Shown here: positions 19,045 to 27,566 of the stretch, in pieces
How positions within the stretch are numbered: position 1 is the first letter of the stretch
How the letters are laid out: the number at the start of each line of letters is the position of its first letter
Virus record (IMG/VR): IMGVR_UViG_3300044448_004553
Span: 1 to 31,171 of that record
Direction: 5' to 3' (one strand)
Source of the DNA: a virus
Taxonomy: Duplodnaviria > Caudoviricetes
Length of the DNA stretch: 31,171 bases
The notes under the pieces: generated by a model
The model's database searches: none
Told to the model about the DNA's origin: nothing
Seen by the model: the letters and a program-made list of their open reading frames with translations, nothing else
Program-made: the position numbers and the translations under genes

Positions 19045-19857
19045 TCAAGCGCAAATTGCGTTAATTAAACCATCTGTTATAATAGCATTTTGATTATACG
19101 ATGCAAGTGTTGGTTTCTCTTTATGCCACAATATATCTGTAGCAGAATTAAGTAAACCCCAACCATTACTAATATCGTGATAATCGCCACGAGGATCAGT
19201 AAATTTATCTACAATTTCACCCCATACACCTGTTGGTATATCTTTAAGATGATTGTGTCTAATATTGCTGATTTCTTCAATGTCTATAACACGTTGATTT
19301 AACTCTTTAATACCATTAATCATAGTATTTACACTATTATTATCTCCATCTTGAGTAATATTTATCATATGCACCATAGATTCTAATTGTTTATCCCAAT
19401 CTTCAGAACCAGGATTATGTCTAAATCTATAATTTTGTAAATATTGCTTACTCATCATTCCATTTGTGCATATCAATCTATAAAGCATTAATGAAAATCC
19501 AAATGATCTTGAACCATCATAACTATTCCAAAATTGAATACCTAGATTTATCTTATCTATATCCTCATCTTTAGCTGTATGATCAATAGTTGCTATGCTA
19601 TCTACTGCTTTATATGCTAACATAAAGTTCTTACCATTAAAGAACTCTTTATCTAATTCAAAATCTATATATGCGCTACCTAATAAGTCTTCTGCTATAT
19701 CTTTTACATCTTGGTTAGGCAATAATAAATAGTTTTGACCTACTACACCTGCTTCTTTCCATCCTTTTTCTTCGTCTAATCTTTGGACAGCATAAGCCGA
19801 TGATTGTATACCACTATAATCTAATGGTACTTTTCTTATTTCTTGATATGGATTCAT
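19045..19857 (-). CDS. DUF932/DUF945-like phage protein
   Basis: YLLLPN, FWNSYDGSRSF..MLYRLICTNGM and GWGLLNSATD motifs. Confidence 0.8.
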   Translation of the reverse strand: MNPYQEIRKVPLDYSGIQSSAYAVQRLDEEKGWKEAGVVGQNYLLLPNQDVKDIAEDLLGSAYIDFELDKEFFNGKNFMLAYKAVDSIATIDHTAKDEDIDKINLGIQFWNSYDGSRSFGFSLMLYRLICTNGMMSKQYLQNYRFRHNPGSEDWDKQLESMVHMINITQDGDNNSVNTMINGIKELNQRVIDIEEISNIRHNHLKDIPTGVWGEIVDKFTDPRGDYHDISNGWGLLNSATDILWHKEKPTLASYNQNAIITDGLINAICA

Positions 19858-19867
19858 CTTCTTCTCC

Positions 19868-20047
19868 TTATTTTAATCTTTCCCTATATATAGCTATTTT
19901 TCCTAATCTATTCTTTATATAGGTTTGTTTACCAGTTTTTCTTTCTATTATACTTCTTTGTTTTTTCGCCCATTCCATAATTGTAATTTTCATTCCATTT
20001 GTCCACATGTATTCATCTGGATTTAACCATTTAGTTATTCTTATCAT
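19868..20047 (-). CDS. hypothetical basic protein, 59 aa (not in ORF track)
   Basis: MIRITKWLNPDEYMWTNGMK...YRERLK; GGAGA RBS; ATGA overlap; fills the operon gap. Confidence 0.55.
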   Translation of the reverse strand: MIRITKWLNPDEYMWTNGMKITIMEWAKKQRSIIERKTGKQTYIKNRLGKIAIYRERLK

Positions 20048-20214
20048 AATATTAATTCTCCATCAAATTTTTCAATTGCTAGTTGAGCAAATTTACTTCT
20101 CCAGAATTTACAGCCTTTGTCTATAATATGAGGAGGCACTTCTTTAGGCTCATTGAACCATGAACATAAAGGAATACCTCCTGATTTATTTAAGCCGCAA
20201 TCCCAACAATTCAT
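20044..20214 (-). CDS. small Cys-containing protein, 56 aa (not in ORF track)
   Basis: MNCWDCG...LCSW...GCKFW...; ATGA overlaps at both ends. Confidence 0.6.
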   Translation of the reverse strand: MNCWDCGLNKSGGIPLCSWFNEPKEVPPHIIDKGCKFWRSKFAQLAIEKFDGELIL

Positions 20215-21944
20215 GATATCTTAACATTATTAACATTTAACATAACATCAAGATTTTCTTTTTCACGATTTGCAGTTGTTTGTATCTTTAGAGTTCTAAC
20301 TAATCCTTCTTCATCTTTATATGGATTAACAGATAATACTTTATTAGCATTATAAGCAATTCTAAAGGAACCTCTAGAACTTGTTATATCCATACCTTCA
20401 TGAAAAGCTTGTTTAGTAATCTCAGATACAGCAAATATCACTAAATTGTTTTGCACAGCAAGTTCACTTAAAGCTTGAGATACTTCCTCAACTTTCATAT
20501 TATTATCGTTCTTCTGTGTTTTAAACAATCCCATGTGATCTACTACAACTATTTCTGGCTTTCTAGGTAACATTGCTATTCTCTTATTTAATTCTTGAGG
20601 ATAACAACTACTATAATCTACAGTTAACCATTGAAAATCATCACTAATACCATTTTGATATTGCATATAATGATCTCTTAATTGTTGCTCATTCCATTCT
20701 TTTTCTATCATTACAAAACGAGACCATATTTGTCTTGGACTCATTTCCATTTCTAGAAAATAAGTTGTTCTTTTAAGAGAATTCACCCAATTCTGAAGAA
20801 GCATTGTTTTCATACTTTTAGGGGGAGCTTGTATGATAACTACCTCTCCAGGATATATTGGGAAATCCTTTCCATATAAACTACCTAAATTTATAGGTTC
20901 TGTTTCTCTTGTAAGAAACTCAACAAATTCTTTTTCCATGGTTTTTGCATCTTGAGTACTTTGTGACTTTTTAGCTTTATATAATCTACAAGTTGATTGA
21001 CAATGACTATCCATATGTATATCTGTGCATCCGTAGTTATAGCCATTCCCGCCATGACCTTCATAACAATCAGTTACTATTTTATTCATTTCATCTTTTG
21101 TAAATGGATGTTTATCTAAATCAACTCTTTTTCTCCAATCTTCCATAACTAATCTAACTACATGCTCTGGGTATCTCCATCTTAAGAAAGCTGCTATTCT
21201 AAGCGCTATTTGGTGTCTTGAACCTTGTGAAGTCCCTTGCATCATAGTTTGAATACATGGATACCAGACAGGATCTGGATTTTTACCTAAAGTTATTGCT
21301 TCAAATTCCTTATCACTTGCTTTAGGTTTTCTTTTTAATACATCAAATACAGGTTCACATTCTAATGATGTCCATTTAAGTGTATTCCTTTTAGTTTTAG
21401 CTAATTCCAATATATTTTCAATTGGTTTATGTAATTCCTCTAAGCTAATTGGAATTTTCCATAATTTAGATTTACTATTTAATGTATTTACTACTCTGAT
21501 AATTCTAGTTTTATCAGATACAGATGAATCGGCATATTTATATATTTCTGCTTCAGTAAGAATATCCTTTACTTTTAAATGTAAATCAGTACATGGTTTC
21601 CATCTGAAAGCTTTTCCAGGTATCCCTATATGAAATCCTGTGCCAGAGAAATATAATCTATAAGGAACACAATAATCATCTAATAATATTGTTAATCCTA
21701 TACATTTTTCTTTAGCATTTTCTGGATTACTGCCATCAACATCTAGAATAAATTCATCAGGCATATAAAGAATTCCATCATATCCTGATAAAGTTCCTTT
21801 TTCCTTAACAAATTTCTCTACATATTCATCATAATCCCATAAAGACATAAATGTATCTTGTGCCATTCCTGCCCATTTTTGCATATCATTAACGGGACCA
21901 AAATGATGTCTATTAGACAAGCCAAATGCATATTCTTTAATCAT
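20211..21944 (-). CDS. AEP primase-polymerase fused to a Cys-rich primase C-terminal domain and a RecA/SF4-like helicase
   Basis: AEP motifs FILDVDG, FSGTGFH and D..V.DKTRIIR; PCI...GSRH...YGC...HCQSTC; Walker A variant QAPPKSMKT and Walker B VVVDH. Confidence 0.82.
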   Translation of the reverse strand: MIKEYAFGLSNRHHFGPVNDMQKWAGMAQDTFMSLWDYDEYVEKFVKEKGTLSGYDGILYMPDEFILDVDGSNPENAKEKCIGLTILLDDYCVPYRLYFSGTGFHIGIPGKAFRWKPCTDLHLKVKDILTEAEIYKYADSSVSDKTRIIRVVNTLNSKSKLWKIPISLEELHKPIENILELAKTKRNTLKWTSLECEPVFDVLKRKPKASDKEFEAITLGKNPDPVWYPCIQTMMQGTSQGSRHQIALRIAAFLRWRYPEHVVRLVMEDWRKRVDLDKHPFTKDEMNKIVTDCYEGHGGNGYNYGCTDIHMDSHCQSTCRLYKAKKSQSTQDAKTMEKEFVEFLTRETEPINLGSLYGKDFPIYPGEVVIIQAPPKSMKTMLLQNWVNSLKRTTYFLEMEMSPRQIWSRFVMIEKEWNEQQLRDHYMQYQNGISDDFQWLTVDYSSCYPQELNKRIAMLPRKPEIVVVDHMGLFKTQKNDNNMKVEEVSQALSELAVQNNLVIFAVSEITKQAFHEGMDITSSRGSFRIAYNANKVLSVNPYKDEEGLVRTLKIQTTANREKENLDVMLNVNNVKIS

Positions 21945-21952
21945 ATTATCTC

Positions 21953-22201
21953 CTAATATTCAATTGATTGTAAAACCCATATTTGTTGTCTGTTTTTTCT
22001 ATCTAGTTTTCTAACTTTCAATATACCATCGGTTCTCATTCTTCTAAATTCTCTAGTATATGTTTCAGAGCTACCTAAGAATTTCCCAAAATCATGTCTT
22101 CCTATATAAGCTAATTCTTGTATATCTGATGTTTTAAATGTTGTTAATCCTGCTTCTGAAAGATTAACTAATTTCTTTGTTATATGATCTCTTACTGTCA
22201 T
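21953..22201 (-). CDS. putative winged-helix DNA-binding protein, 82 aa
   Basis: GGAGG RBS; FKTSDIQEL...SETYTREFRRMR.DG helices followed by a beta-hairpin. Confidence 0.55.
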   Translation of the reverse strand: MTVRDHITKKLVNLSEAGLTTFKTSDIQELAYIGRHDFGKFLGSSETYTREFRRMRTDGILKVRKLDRKNRQQIWVLQSIEY

Positions 22202-22317
22202 AATTTGCCTCCATTTGATTTATATCTTTGAATTAATAATCCAGCTCTAGGATAATCTTTATATTTAATAGCTTTTCTGATTTGATTTCTTAAAGCATTA
22301 AGTTTACCTTTTTTCAA
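22198..22317 (-). CDS. small basic protein, 39 aa (TTG start, not in ORF track)
   Basis: Strong AAGGAGG RBS before TTG; ATGA overlap with the next gene. Confidence 0.5.
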   Translation of the reverse strand: MKKGKLNALRNQIRKAIKYKDYPRAGLLIQRYKSNGGKL

Positions 22318-22338
22318 TTTATCCTCCTTTAAAAGTAA

Positions 22339-22386
22339 GGGAGTCTCACATAAAGATAATAAATTATCTACCAGTTATTGACTCCC
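22339..22386 (-). ncRNA. structured intergenic motif, copy 2 (minimal form)
   Basis: Minus strand reads GGGAGTC AATAACTGGT AGATAA-TTTA-TTATCT T TATGTGA GACTCCC. Confidence 0.6.
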
Positions 22387-22411
22387 CTCTCCTCCTACCA
22401 CGGATGAATTC

Positions 22412-22939
22412 TTACCAAGGCATATCTCCATCAGAAGTAGTTGTAGTTTGTTTTTTTTCTAAATATGTTTTACAAGCTTTTTCTACATTTGCTTTATAAA
22501 ACGAAACATCATCATTACTATATGATAAATGTTCACCTTTTTGAGCTATTGGTGCAAATCTATTAAAAGGATTACTGTATTCTTTACCATCATTACCTTT
22601 TTGCTTGTAAACAAATACATTTACTTTTTTACCAATAAGTCCTTCAGATTCATCATCATATTGAATAACTGGATTTTTACCACTTGCATCTTTTAATACA
22701 GATACGATGCCAGCATTAGCTACTTTAAACAATCTAGCAATAGCGAATTCTTCATTAGTATCCTTACTAAATGCAGAAAATACTCTTACTTTAAATTGCT
22801 CTGAATAATCTTTAAACCAAATATCAATAACTTTTTTATCATTCCATTCATTGTATTCAGCTTTACTTATTTCTAATTCATGCCATCCAGCAGCATATTG
22901 ACCATTGCCTTCTGACACACTCATTGTTTTTAACGCCAT
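22412..22939 (-). CDS. ssb: single-stranded DNA-binding protein (phage type)
   Basis: AGWHELEI...LIGKKVNV...GKEY OB-fold-like pattern; acidic aromatic C-terminus DGDMPW; adjacent to ERF. Confidence 0.7.
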   Translation of the reverse strand: MALKTMSVSEGNGQYAAGWHELEISKAEYNEWNDKKVIDIWFKDYSEQFKVRVFSAFSKDTNEEFAIARLFKVANAGIVSVLKDASGKNPVIQYDDESEGLIGKKVNVFVYKQKGNDGKEYSNPFNRFAPIAQKGEHLSYSNDDVSFYKANVEKACKTYLEKKQTTTTSDGDMPW

Positions 22940-22948
22940 TACGTCTCC

Positions 22949-23479
22949 TTATTTTCTTAAACTATTACCATCATCATCTTTTGTTACAGATATACCTAGA
23001 ATTGCTCCTAATCCATATCTTCTTCCATATGTACACATTTGACCTACTGCTTGCGCATCACCACTTTTACCCATTGGTATTCTAACTTCACTTTTTATCC
23101 ATTGACCTGATACATGGCATAATGTAGTAGTAACATAAAATCCATTTGTTTCAGTACAAAATCTATTACCTTGAGTAACAGCTAATCCATGTTTAGTAAT
23201 TACAGGTAATACAGATCTTAATAAATCATTGATATCAGCATAATTAGATTTATAAAATGGATTTACTTTCGACTGAACAACAGCTGACATATCCATTTGC
23301 GATTTGCATAATGCTTTAATTAATTCTGTTATGTCTAATGATTTCCAATTTGCGTCTAAATTAAAATTAGGTGTATTATTTCCCGTCATTGGATTTACAG
23401 TGGCTTGTCTTATTGTGTTCAAATTTGGAGACACCTGTCCCATTGGAGTTGTTGGAACTCCATTAACTTCTTTTTGCAT
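22949..23479 (-). CDS. erf: ERF-family single-strand annealing recombinase
   Basis: NPFYKSNYADI, HGLAVTQ, LCHVSGQW and QAVG..TYGRRYGL..LGI...DDDGN motifs. Confidence 0.9.
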   Translation of the reverse strand: MQKEVNGVPTTPMGQVSPNLNTIRQATVNPMTGNNTPNFNLDANWKSLDITELIKALCKSQMDMSAVVQSKVNPFYKSNYADINDLLRSVLPVITKHGLAVTQGNRFCTETNGFYVTTTLCHVSGQWIKSEVRIPMGKSGDAQAVGQMCTYGRRYGLGAILGISVTKDDDGNSLRK

Positions 23480-23488
23480 AATTGCTCC

Positions 23489-23635
23489 TTATTTTATAAG
23501 TTTTCTGGAAATTAATTCATCATATCTTTCTTCAAGTAATCTATAATCTTTACCTTCAGTTTTATATTTTAAAATTAATTTGAGATACATTTCGAGAACT
23601 ATATCCTCGTCTGTTTTTATTTCTGGATTATCCAT
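23489..23635 (-). CDS. hypothetical protein, 48 aa (not in ORF track)
   Basis: MDNPEIKTDEDIVLEMYLKL...RKLIK, lying between the promoter and erf. Confidence 0.5.
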   Translation of the reverse strand: MDNPEIKTDEDIVLEMYLKLILKYKTEGKDYRLLEERYDELISRKLIK

Positions 23636-23669
23636 CAGTGGCCTTGATTTTGTTAAAAAAACGTCTTAT

Positions 23670-23698
23670 AATTTACAAAAAATGGATAAATATTCCAA
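23670..23698 (-). promoter_or_regulatory. sigma70-like promoter for the replication/recombination operon
   Basis: TTGGAA-17 bp-TAAATT on the minus strand, ~35 nt upstream of the first ORF. Confidence 0.5.
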
Positions 23699-23707
23699 GT
23701 TATTTAA

Positions 23708-24001
23708 GGAGGTAGTAAATGATGCGAAGCTTATGATCATTCGTCTACCTGCAGGTTACGCACTACCTCCCTAAATGTATTAATGTAGTCAATGCAACTG
23801 TAACCCTAAATCGGCTGAGCTTATCCAGCTTAGTTAATACAGCGCCATAATTGGTTCTCTTAGTGATCAGGAATATCGTCCAAGGGACTTGCCCTTGAGG
23901 CTCACCAGTATCTCCGTGACTGACATGACTACATTAAATTATTGATGTAAACTGGTATCCGTGCCCCGCATGTTTAAACGGACATATGAGATCTCTGGGG
24001 C
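23708..24001. ncRNA. cluster of three stem-closed structured elements
   Basis: Inverted repeats 23708-16/23762-70 (9 bp), 23780-91/23926-37 (12 bp) and 23963-67/23997-24001; inner hairpin 23881-23897; GC-richer than the flanks. Confidence 0.5.
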
Positions 24002-24009
24002 TCCGCAAT

Positions 24010-24357
24010 TTACATCAAATTCATTTTCTTTATATTCTTCTTGGTACTTGCCATCCAAGGTTTTGGTTTGATTTCTTTAAGCCAATCTTGAACTGTAGGA
24101 ATAAAGCCCAAATCTTCTCTTATGTGTTGTTCTGCTATAGAACGTACTGGTATATTTTTACCGTCAGAGTTTGAGATTACTATTCCAAATTTCAATTCAC
24201 ACTCTTTAATACCTTGAGTATGATGTCTTAAAGCTCTATGTCTTATGTCTCCATAATGATCCTTAGATTCATCAAACCAAGCATGTATGTAATGATAATC
24301 ACCTACACGCCCTCCAAAATGCTTTACGCTTGATAAACAGTGATTTGATGCTTTCAT
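24010..24357 (-). CDS. DUF6915-like His-rich phage protein
   Basis: HxxSSVKHFGG..DY..IH.WFDESK...RHRALRHH..GI...IAEQH..ED.G.IPT..DWL (recalled family pattern). Confidence 0.75.
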   Translation of the reverse strand: MKASNHCLSSVKHFGGRVGDYHYIHAWFDESKDHYGDIRHRALRHHTQGIKECELKFGIVISNSDGKNIPVRSIAEQHIREDLGFIPTVQDWLKEIKPKPWMASTKKNIKKMNLM

Positions 24358-24965
24358 CTTTCATAAACCTCATCACCATACCAAGTTTCAGGTTGTTTTC
24401 CATCCATGAAGTATGTTTCATTCACTTTTACAGCTGCATATCTATTTTGCTCGCCTTCTACACGAAACTCTTCTTTCTCTAAATCCCATACAACTTCACC
24501 TTGTCCACCTTCATTGTTATACCAATCATAATCTACGAGTTCTGTAAGTTCCCAATGTAATTCAGAATTTAAGTTTTGATCAGGATGTTCTTTTCTAAAC
24601 ATTTCATATTGTTTTTCAAGTTCTTTTTGATTTCTGGTCATTCCTTTCCATTCATCGAAGTTTTCTACTTTATCATGATTCCAACGCTTAGATTCATACG
24701 TATCTGGCCAATTACCTCTATCATCTTTCTTTTCAAGATTGATTTCTTTTTTCCAGCCTTCTGCATGATAACAATCACCACTGTCACCAGCACCTTCATA
24801 CCATACTCGAATATATTTATATCCAATATCTCTTAAGAATGCTGCTAAATCCCTTAATGATTGAGCTTTAGATACTCTATGAGCTTTCCTTCTTTCCATC
24901 CAATCTATTACCCATTTTTCTGATCCAATTTCTGTTTCTAATGACTCTTTTGTTGCTTCTGCCAT
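24354..24965 (-). CDS. DUF6878-like phage protein (probable start MAEATK at 24965)
   Basis: V.YEGAGDSG and DWYNNEGGQG motifs; AGGAGA RBS before 24965; ATGA-coupled to the DUF6915-like gene. Confidence 0.7.
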   Translation of the reverse strand: MAEATKESLETEIGSEKWVIDWMERRKAHRVSKAQSLRDLAAFLRDIGYKYIRVWYEGAGDSGDCYHAEGWKKEINLEKKDDRGNWPDTYESKRWNHDKVENFDEWKGMTRNQKELEKQYEMFRKEHPDQNLNSELHWELTELVDYDWYNNEGGQGEVVWDLEKEEFRVEGEQNRYAAVKVNETYFMDGKQPETWYGDEVYER

Positions 24966-25028
24966 ATTTTTTCTCCTTAATTTGATTTTCAATAAAAACA
25001 TCTATTTTACTCTCAATCCAACCATCTA

Positions 25029-25325
25029 TCATGATATTGCCTTTCTTATCATTGAAAATGGAACATTATATGCTACCATTCCATCTATAGTTTTATCATA
25101 ACAGTCTACAACAGCCCGTGTTCTGTTGATTTTAATTACTTTACCTGATTCTATTTTAGCAGAACCTGATATTATTACTTTATCTCCTATTATTAATCCA
25201 GATTTAGTATCTCTGGCTAACTTTTTACTTCTAGTTTTAACCATTTCTCTTACTAGATCTAAATCATCTATACTATCTAAAGTATCAATTAATTTAAATA
25301 AATCAGTTTTTGTGTCTTGTCTCAT
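25029..25325 (-). CDS. hypothetical protein with SH3-like C-terminus, 98 aa
   Basis: IGDKV...GKVIKINRTRAVV...YNVPFSMI; AGGAGA RBS. Confidence 0.65.
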   Translation of the reverse strand: MRQDTKTDLFKLIDTLDSIDDLDLVREMVKTRSKKLARDTKSGLIIGDKVIISGSAKIESGKVIKINRTRAVVDCYDKTIDGMVAYNVPFSMIRKAIS

Positions 25326-25333
25326 GTTTTCTC

Positions 25334-25639
25334 CTAAAAGTTATCATTTTTATATTCTATCAGTTTTGGCATTTTATACTCTATTTGTTTAGGTTTTTCC
25401 CAATAATCCTTCCTATTCATGCCATATTTTTTAACAATCTCTTTAATTGCTAAAGCACTGGGTTTTCTTTGAGAATAAAAACTTTTTTCACTCCTATAAC
25501 CCATATATTCCCATACTTTTATATCATTTTTAAGAATAATATCAGTATCACCTATATTTGGTATCATATTTTCGTGAAAACCTAATTCAAAGCCACCATT
25601 TTCTAAAAAATCCATCATTTTATCTTTAATTTTACCCAT
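25334..25639 (-). CDS. hypothetical protein, 101 aa
   Basis: TAATG coupling with the upstream gene; GGAGG RBS. Confidence 0.65.
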   Translation of the reverse strand: MGKIKDKMMDFLENGGFELGFHENMIPNIGDTDIILKNDIKVWEYMGYRSEKSFYSQRKPSALAIKEIVKKYGMNRKDYWEKPKQIEYKMPKLIEYKNDNF

Positions 25640-25941
25640 TATTCATCCTCCACGCCTAATACTGGAAATGTCTCAGATTCTGTATCATTAATATATGACA
25701 TAGCTCCACCATCATTGCCTTCATCATCTCTCATAGGATATACCCATGTGCCATCATTTAATTGAAAACATAATGGTCTGGAATACCACATACATTCTTC
25801 AGCTTCTTGATTACTAAAGTATTCTACTTTAACTATTTTTTTACCTAATAATTTATCAGCTGCAAAATCAGTCCAGTACTCTGTTCTTTCTTTTACATTC
25901 ATTAAATCATACTTTTTACCATTTAATTCAGTTTTGCTCAT
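25639..25941 (-). CDS. hypothetical phage protein, 100 aa
   Basis: LLGKKIVKVEY...PMRDDEGNDGGA; AAGGAGA RBS. Confidence 0.7.
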   Translation of the reverse strand: MSKTELNGKKYDLMNVKERTEYWTDFAADKLLGKKIVKVEYFSNQEAEECMWYSRPLCFQLNDGTWVYPMRDDEGNDGGAMSYINDTESETFPVLGVEDE

Positions 25942-26077
25942 GTTTTCTCCTTATTAATTTCCATTGACCTGTTATAATTACTTTTTCAAACAATTCCATT
26001 GGCATGTCAGACCTTTTTAATTCTCCATCTTGCCATAAATCTTCGGCTGGAACTTCTTCCCATTTATCCAGATCCAT
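25928..26077 (-). CDS. hypothetical protein, 49 aa (not in ORF track)
   Basis: MDLDKWEEVPAEDLWQ...; AAGGAGA RBS. Confidence 0.55.
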   Translation of the reverse strand: MDLDKWEEVPAEDLWQDGELKRSDMPMELFEKVIITGQWKLIRRKHEQN

Positions 26078-26101
26078 AATGTCTCCTTAATTTAATTCTT
26101 T

Positions 26102-26620
26102 GGGACGAACCATCTGTTACTTTCGAGGCTGTTGAGTGGTCACGCATGTCGTCCCCGTGTATATTGATAAGAGCATGGTTATATTCAGCCAGAGTGATCC
26201 ATCAGTCTTATCTTACACATTATCCCTACCTCTTCATGCCTATGTTTCAGAGTTGGACTAAGTATTGGCATACTTTAAGAGGGCCCTGCAGTCGGCTTTT
26301 AAACTCTACTGTTACGTATGCCAGGCAATTTAAACTAGTGTGTGGTGTAGTAATGGAGGATATTTCCACACATATATATTTATGCTATAATTGTAGAAGA
26401 TTAATTGGTCTTACTACTGCTTGGTGTTAATTCCAAGACTATTATAGTTTATTACTACAATATTATTTAACATAGTTCTTAATATTTAAACCATGATTTG
26501 CACTCATAGCCTATTAATGTTCTATTGTTATTAATACATATCCTATTATATATACTACATAAGCCACTGACGCTGTGTATAGTCGACATCAACTGCCGTT
26601 CAACCAGTCTGTATATATAA
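26102..26620. ncRNA. array of five stem-closed structured elements
   Basis: Inverted repeats 26102-08/26149-55, 26166-72/26206-12, 26266-73/26316-23, 26346-54/26451-59 and 26546-55/26611-20; no RBS-led minus ORF. Confidence 0.5.
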
Positions 26621-26636
26621 CTAAAACCACAATGAT

Positions 26637-26789
26637 CTATTGCGGTAATTCTTTTCTTTCCAATCCATATGATGGCATATCTTGATAAATACGTGCATTA
26701 TCATTATTATCATATTGCCATACTAATTTCATTTTAGGGCAATAATATAATTTAGATCTACCCCAAGTTTTTTTGATTTGATTATCCAT
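26637..26789 (-). CDS. hypothetical protein, 50 aa (not in ORF track)
   Basis: MDNQIKKTWGRSKLYYCPK...MPSYGLERKELPQ; AGGAGG RBS. Confidence 0.6.
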   Translation of the reverse strand: MDNQIKKTWGRSKLYYCPKMKLVWQYDNNDNARIYQDMPSYGLERKELPQ

Positions 26790-26820
26790 TTGACTTCCTC
26801 CTGGATATTATTAGAATATT

Positions 26821-26982
26821 TTAGTAGTTTATTTGTGGTAAGGTATTATCAAGATATGTTTTTAGCCACCAACAATCTCCTGATACATTTTTAATGTAGG
26901 AATTTCTTTCTTCATTAGTTTTATAAAGAAGAGGTTCTTGATTCACTTCTTCTTCATAAGGCCATTCGTATTCTGTTTCCAT
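26821..26982 (-). CDS. hypothetical protein, 53 aa (not in ORF track)
   Basis: METEYEWPYEEE...PQINY; GGGAGA RBS. Confidence 0.5.
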   Translation of the reverse strand: METEYEWPYEEEVNQEPLLYKTNEERNSYIKNVSGDCWWLKTYLDNTLPQINY

Positions 26983-27056
26983 TATTCTCCCGTGGTTATT
27001 ATTAATAAATTATCATGTACTAGTAATATAAACCAAATACTTATTATATTACTGTA

Positions 27057-27215
27057 CTACCATTTACTTTCTTCAAGTCTGATCATTATAAAAGATGCTA
27101 TAATCCAAAAGAATAATAATACTGCTATTGGTTTATAGTTTAGATATCTATAATAATGGTTTAGTGTTAATATTGATAATACTATTGTTACGCTATGTAT
27201 TAAATATTTTGCCAT
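27057..27215 (-). CDS. small two-helix membrane protein, 52 aa (probable start 27215)
   Basis: AAGGAGA RBS before MAKYLIH; two hydrophobic segments. Confidence 0.5.
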   Translation of the reverse strand: MAKYLIHSVTIVLSILTLNHYYRYLNYKPIAVLLFFWIIASFIMIRLEESKW

Positions 27216-27231
27216 ATTGTCTCCTTTTAGT

Positions 27232-27531
27232 TTAGTAATACCATTCATTACAGCCTTCATATCCTTTGTCTAATTGATATCTAGCTTTTATATACATTTT
27301 CATCTCATCTTCTCCATGATGAGTTAATATTGCCCCTTCAATACTACTTACTTCTACATATTTACTTGGTATTTGTATACCTCTATGTTTAAGAGCATAA
27401 ATAGTATCACCTTCTTGTAATTCTTCTTCAATTTCAGACCAATGACGAAGATATATTTTCTTTACTTCTTCTTCAAAGAACCAAAACATAGCTCTTTTTA
27501 TCTTTCTTAAAATATAATATGGATATTGCAT
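27232..27531 (-). CDS. hypothetical protein, 99 aa
   Basis: AAGGAGA RBS; protein-like composition. Confidence 0.65.
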   Translation of the reverse strand: MQYPYYILRKIKRAMFWFFEEEVKKIYLRHWSEIEEELQEGDTIYALKHRGIQIPSKYVEVSSIEGAILTHHGEDEMKMYIKARYQLDKGYEGCNEWYY

Positions 27532-27566
27532 AATTATTCATCTCCTTGGTTATTTAAAATTTACAA

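Noticed and set aside
23874-23908. Hammerhead-like core on the minus strand (CTGGTGAG-stem-CGATA)
   Set aside because: Two invariant positions differ from CUGAUGA and GAAA, and stems I and III around an NUH site could not be formed.
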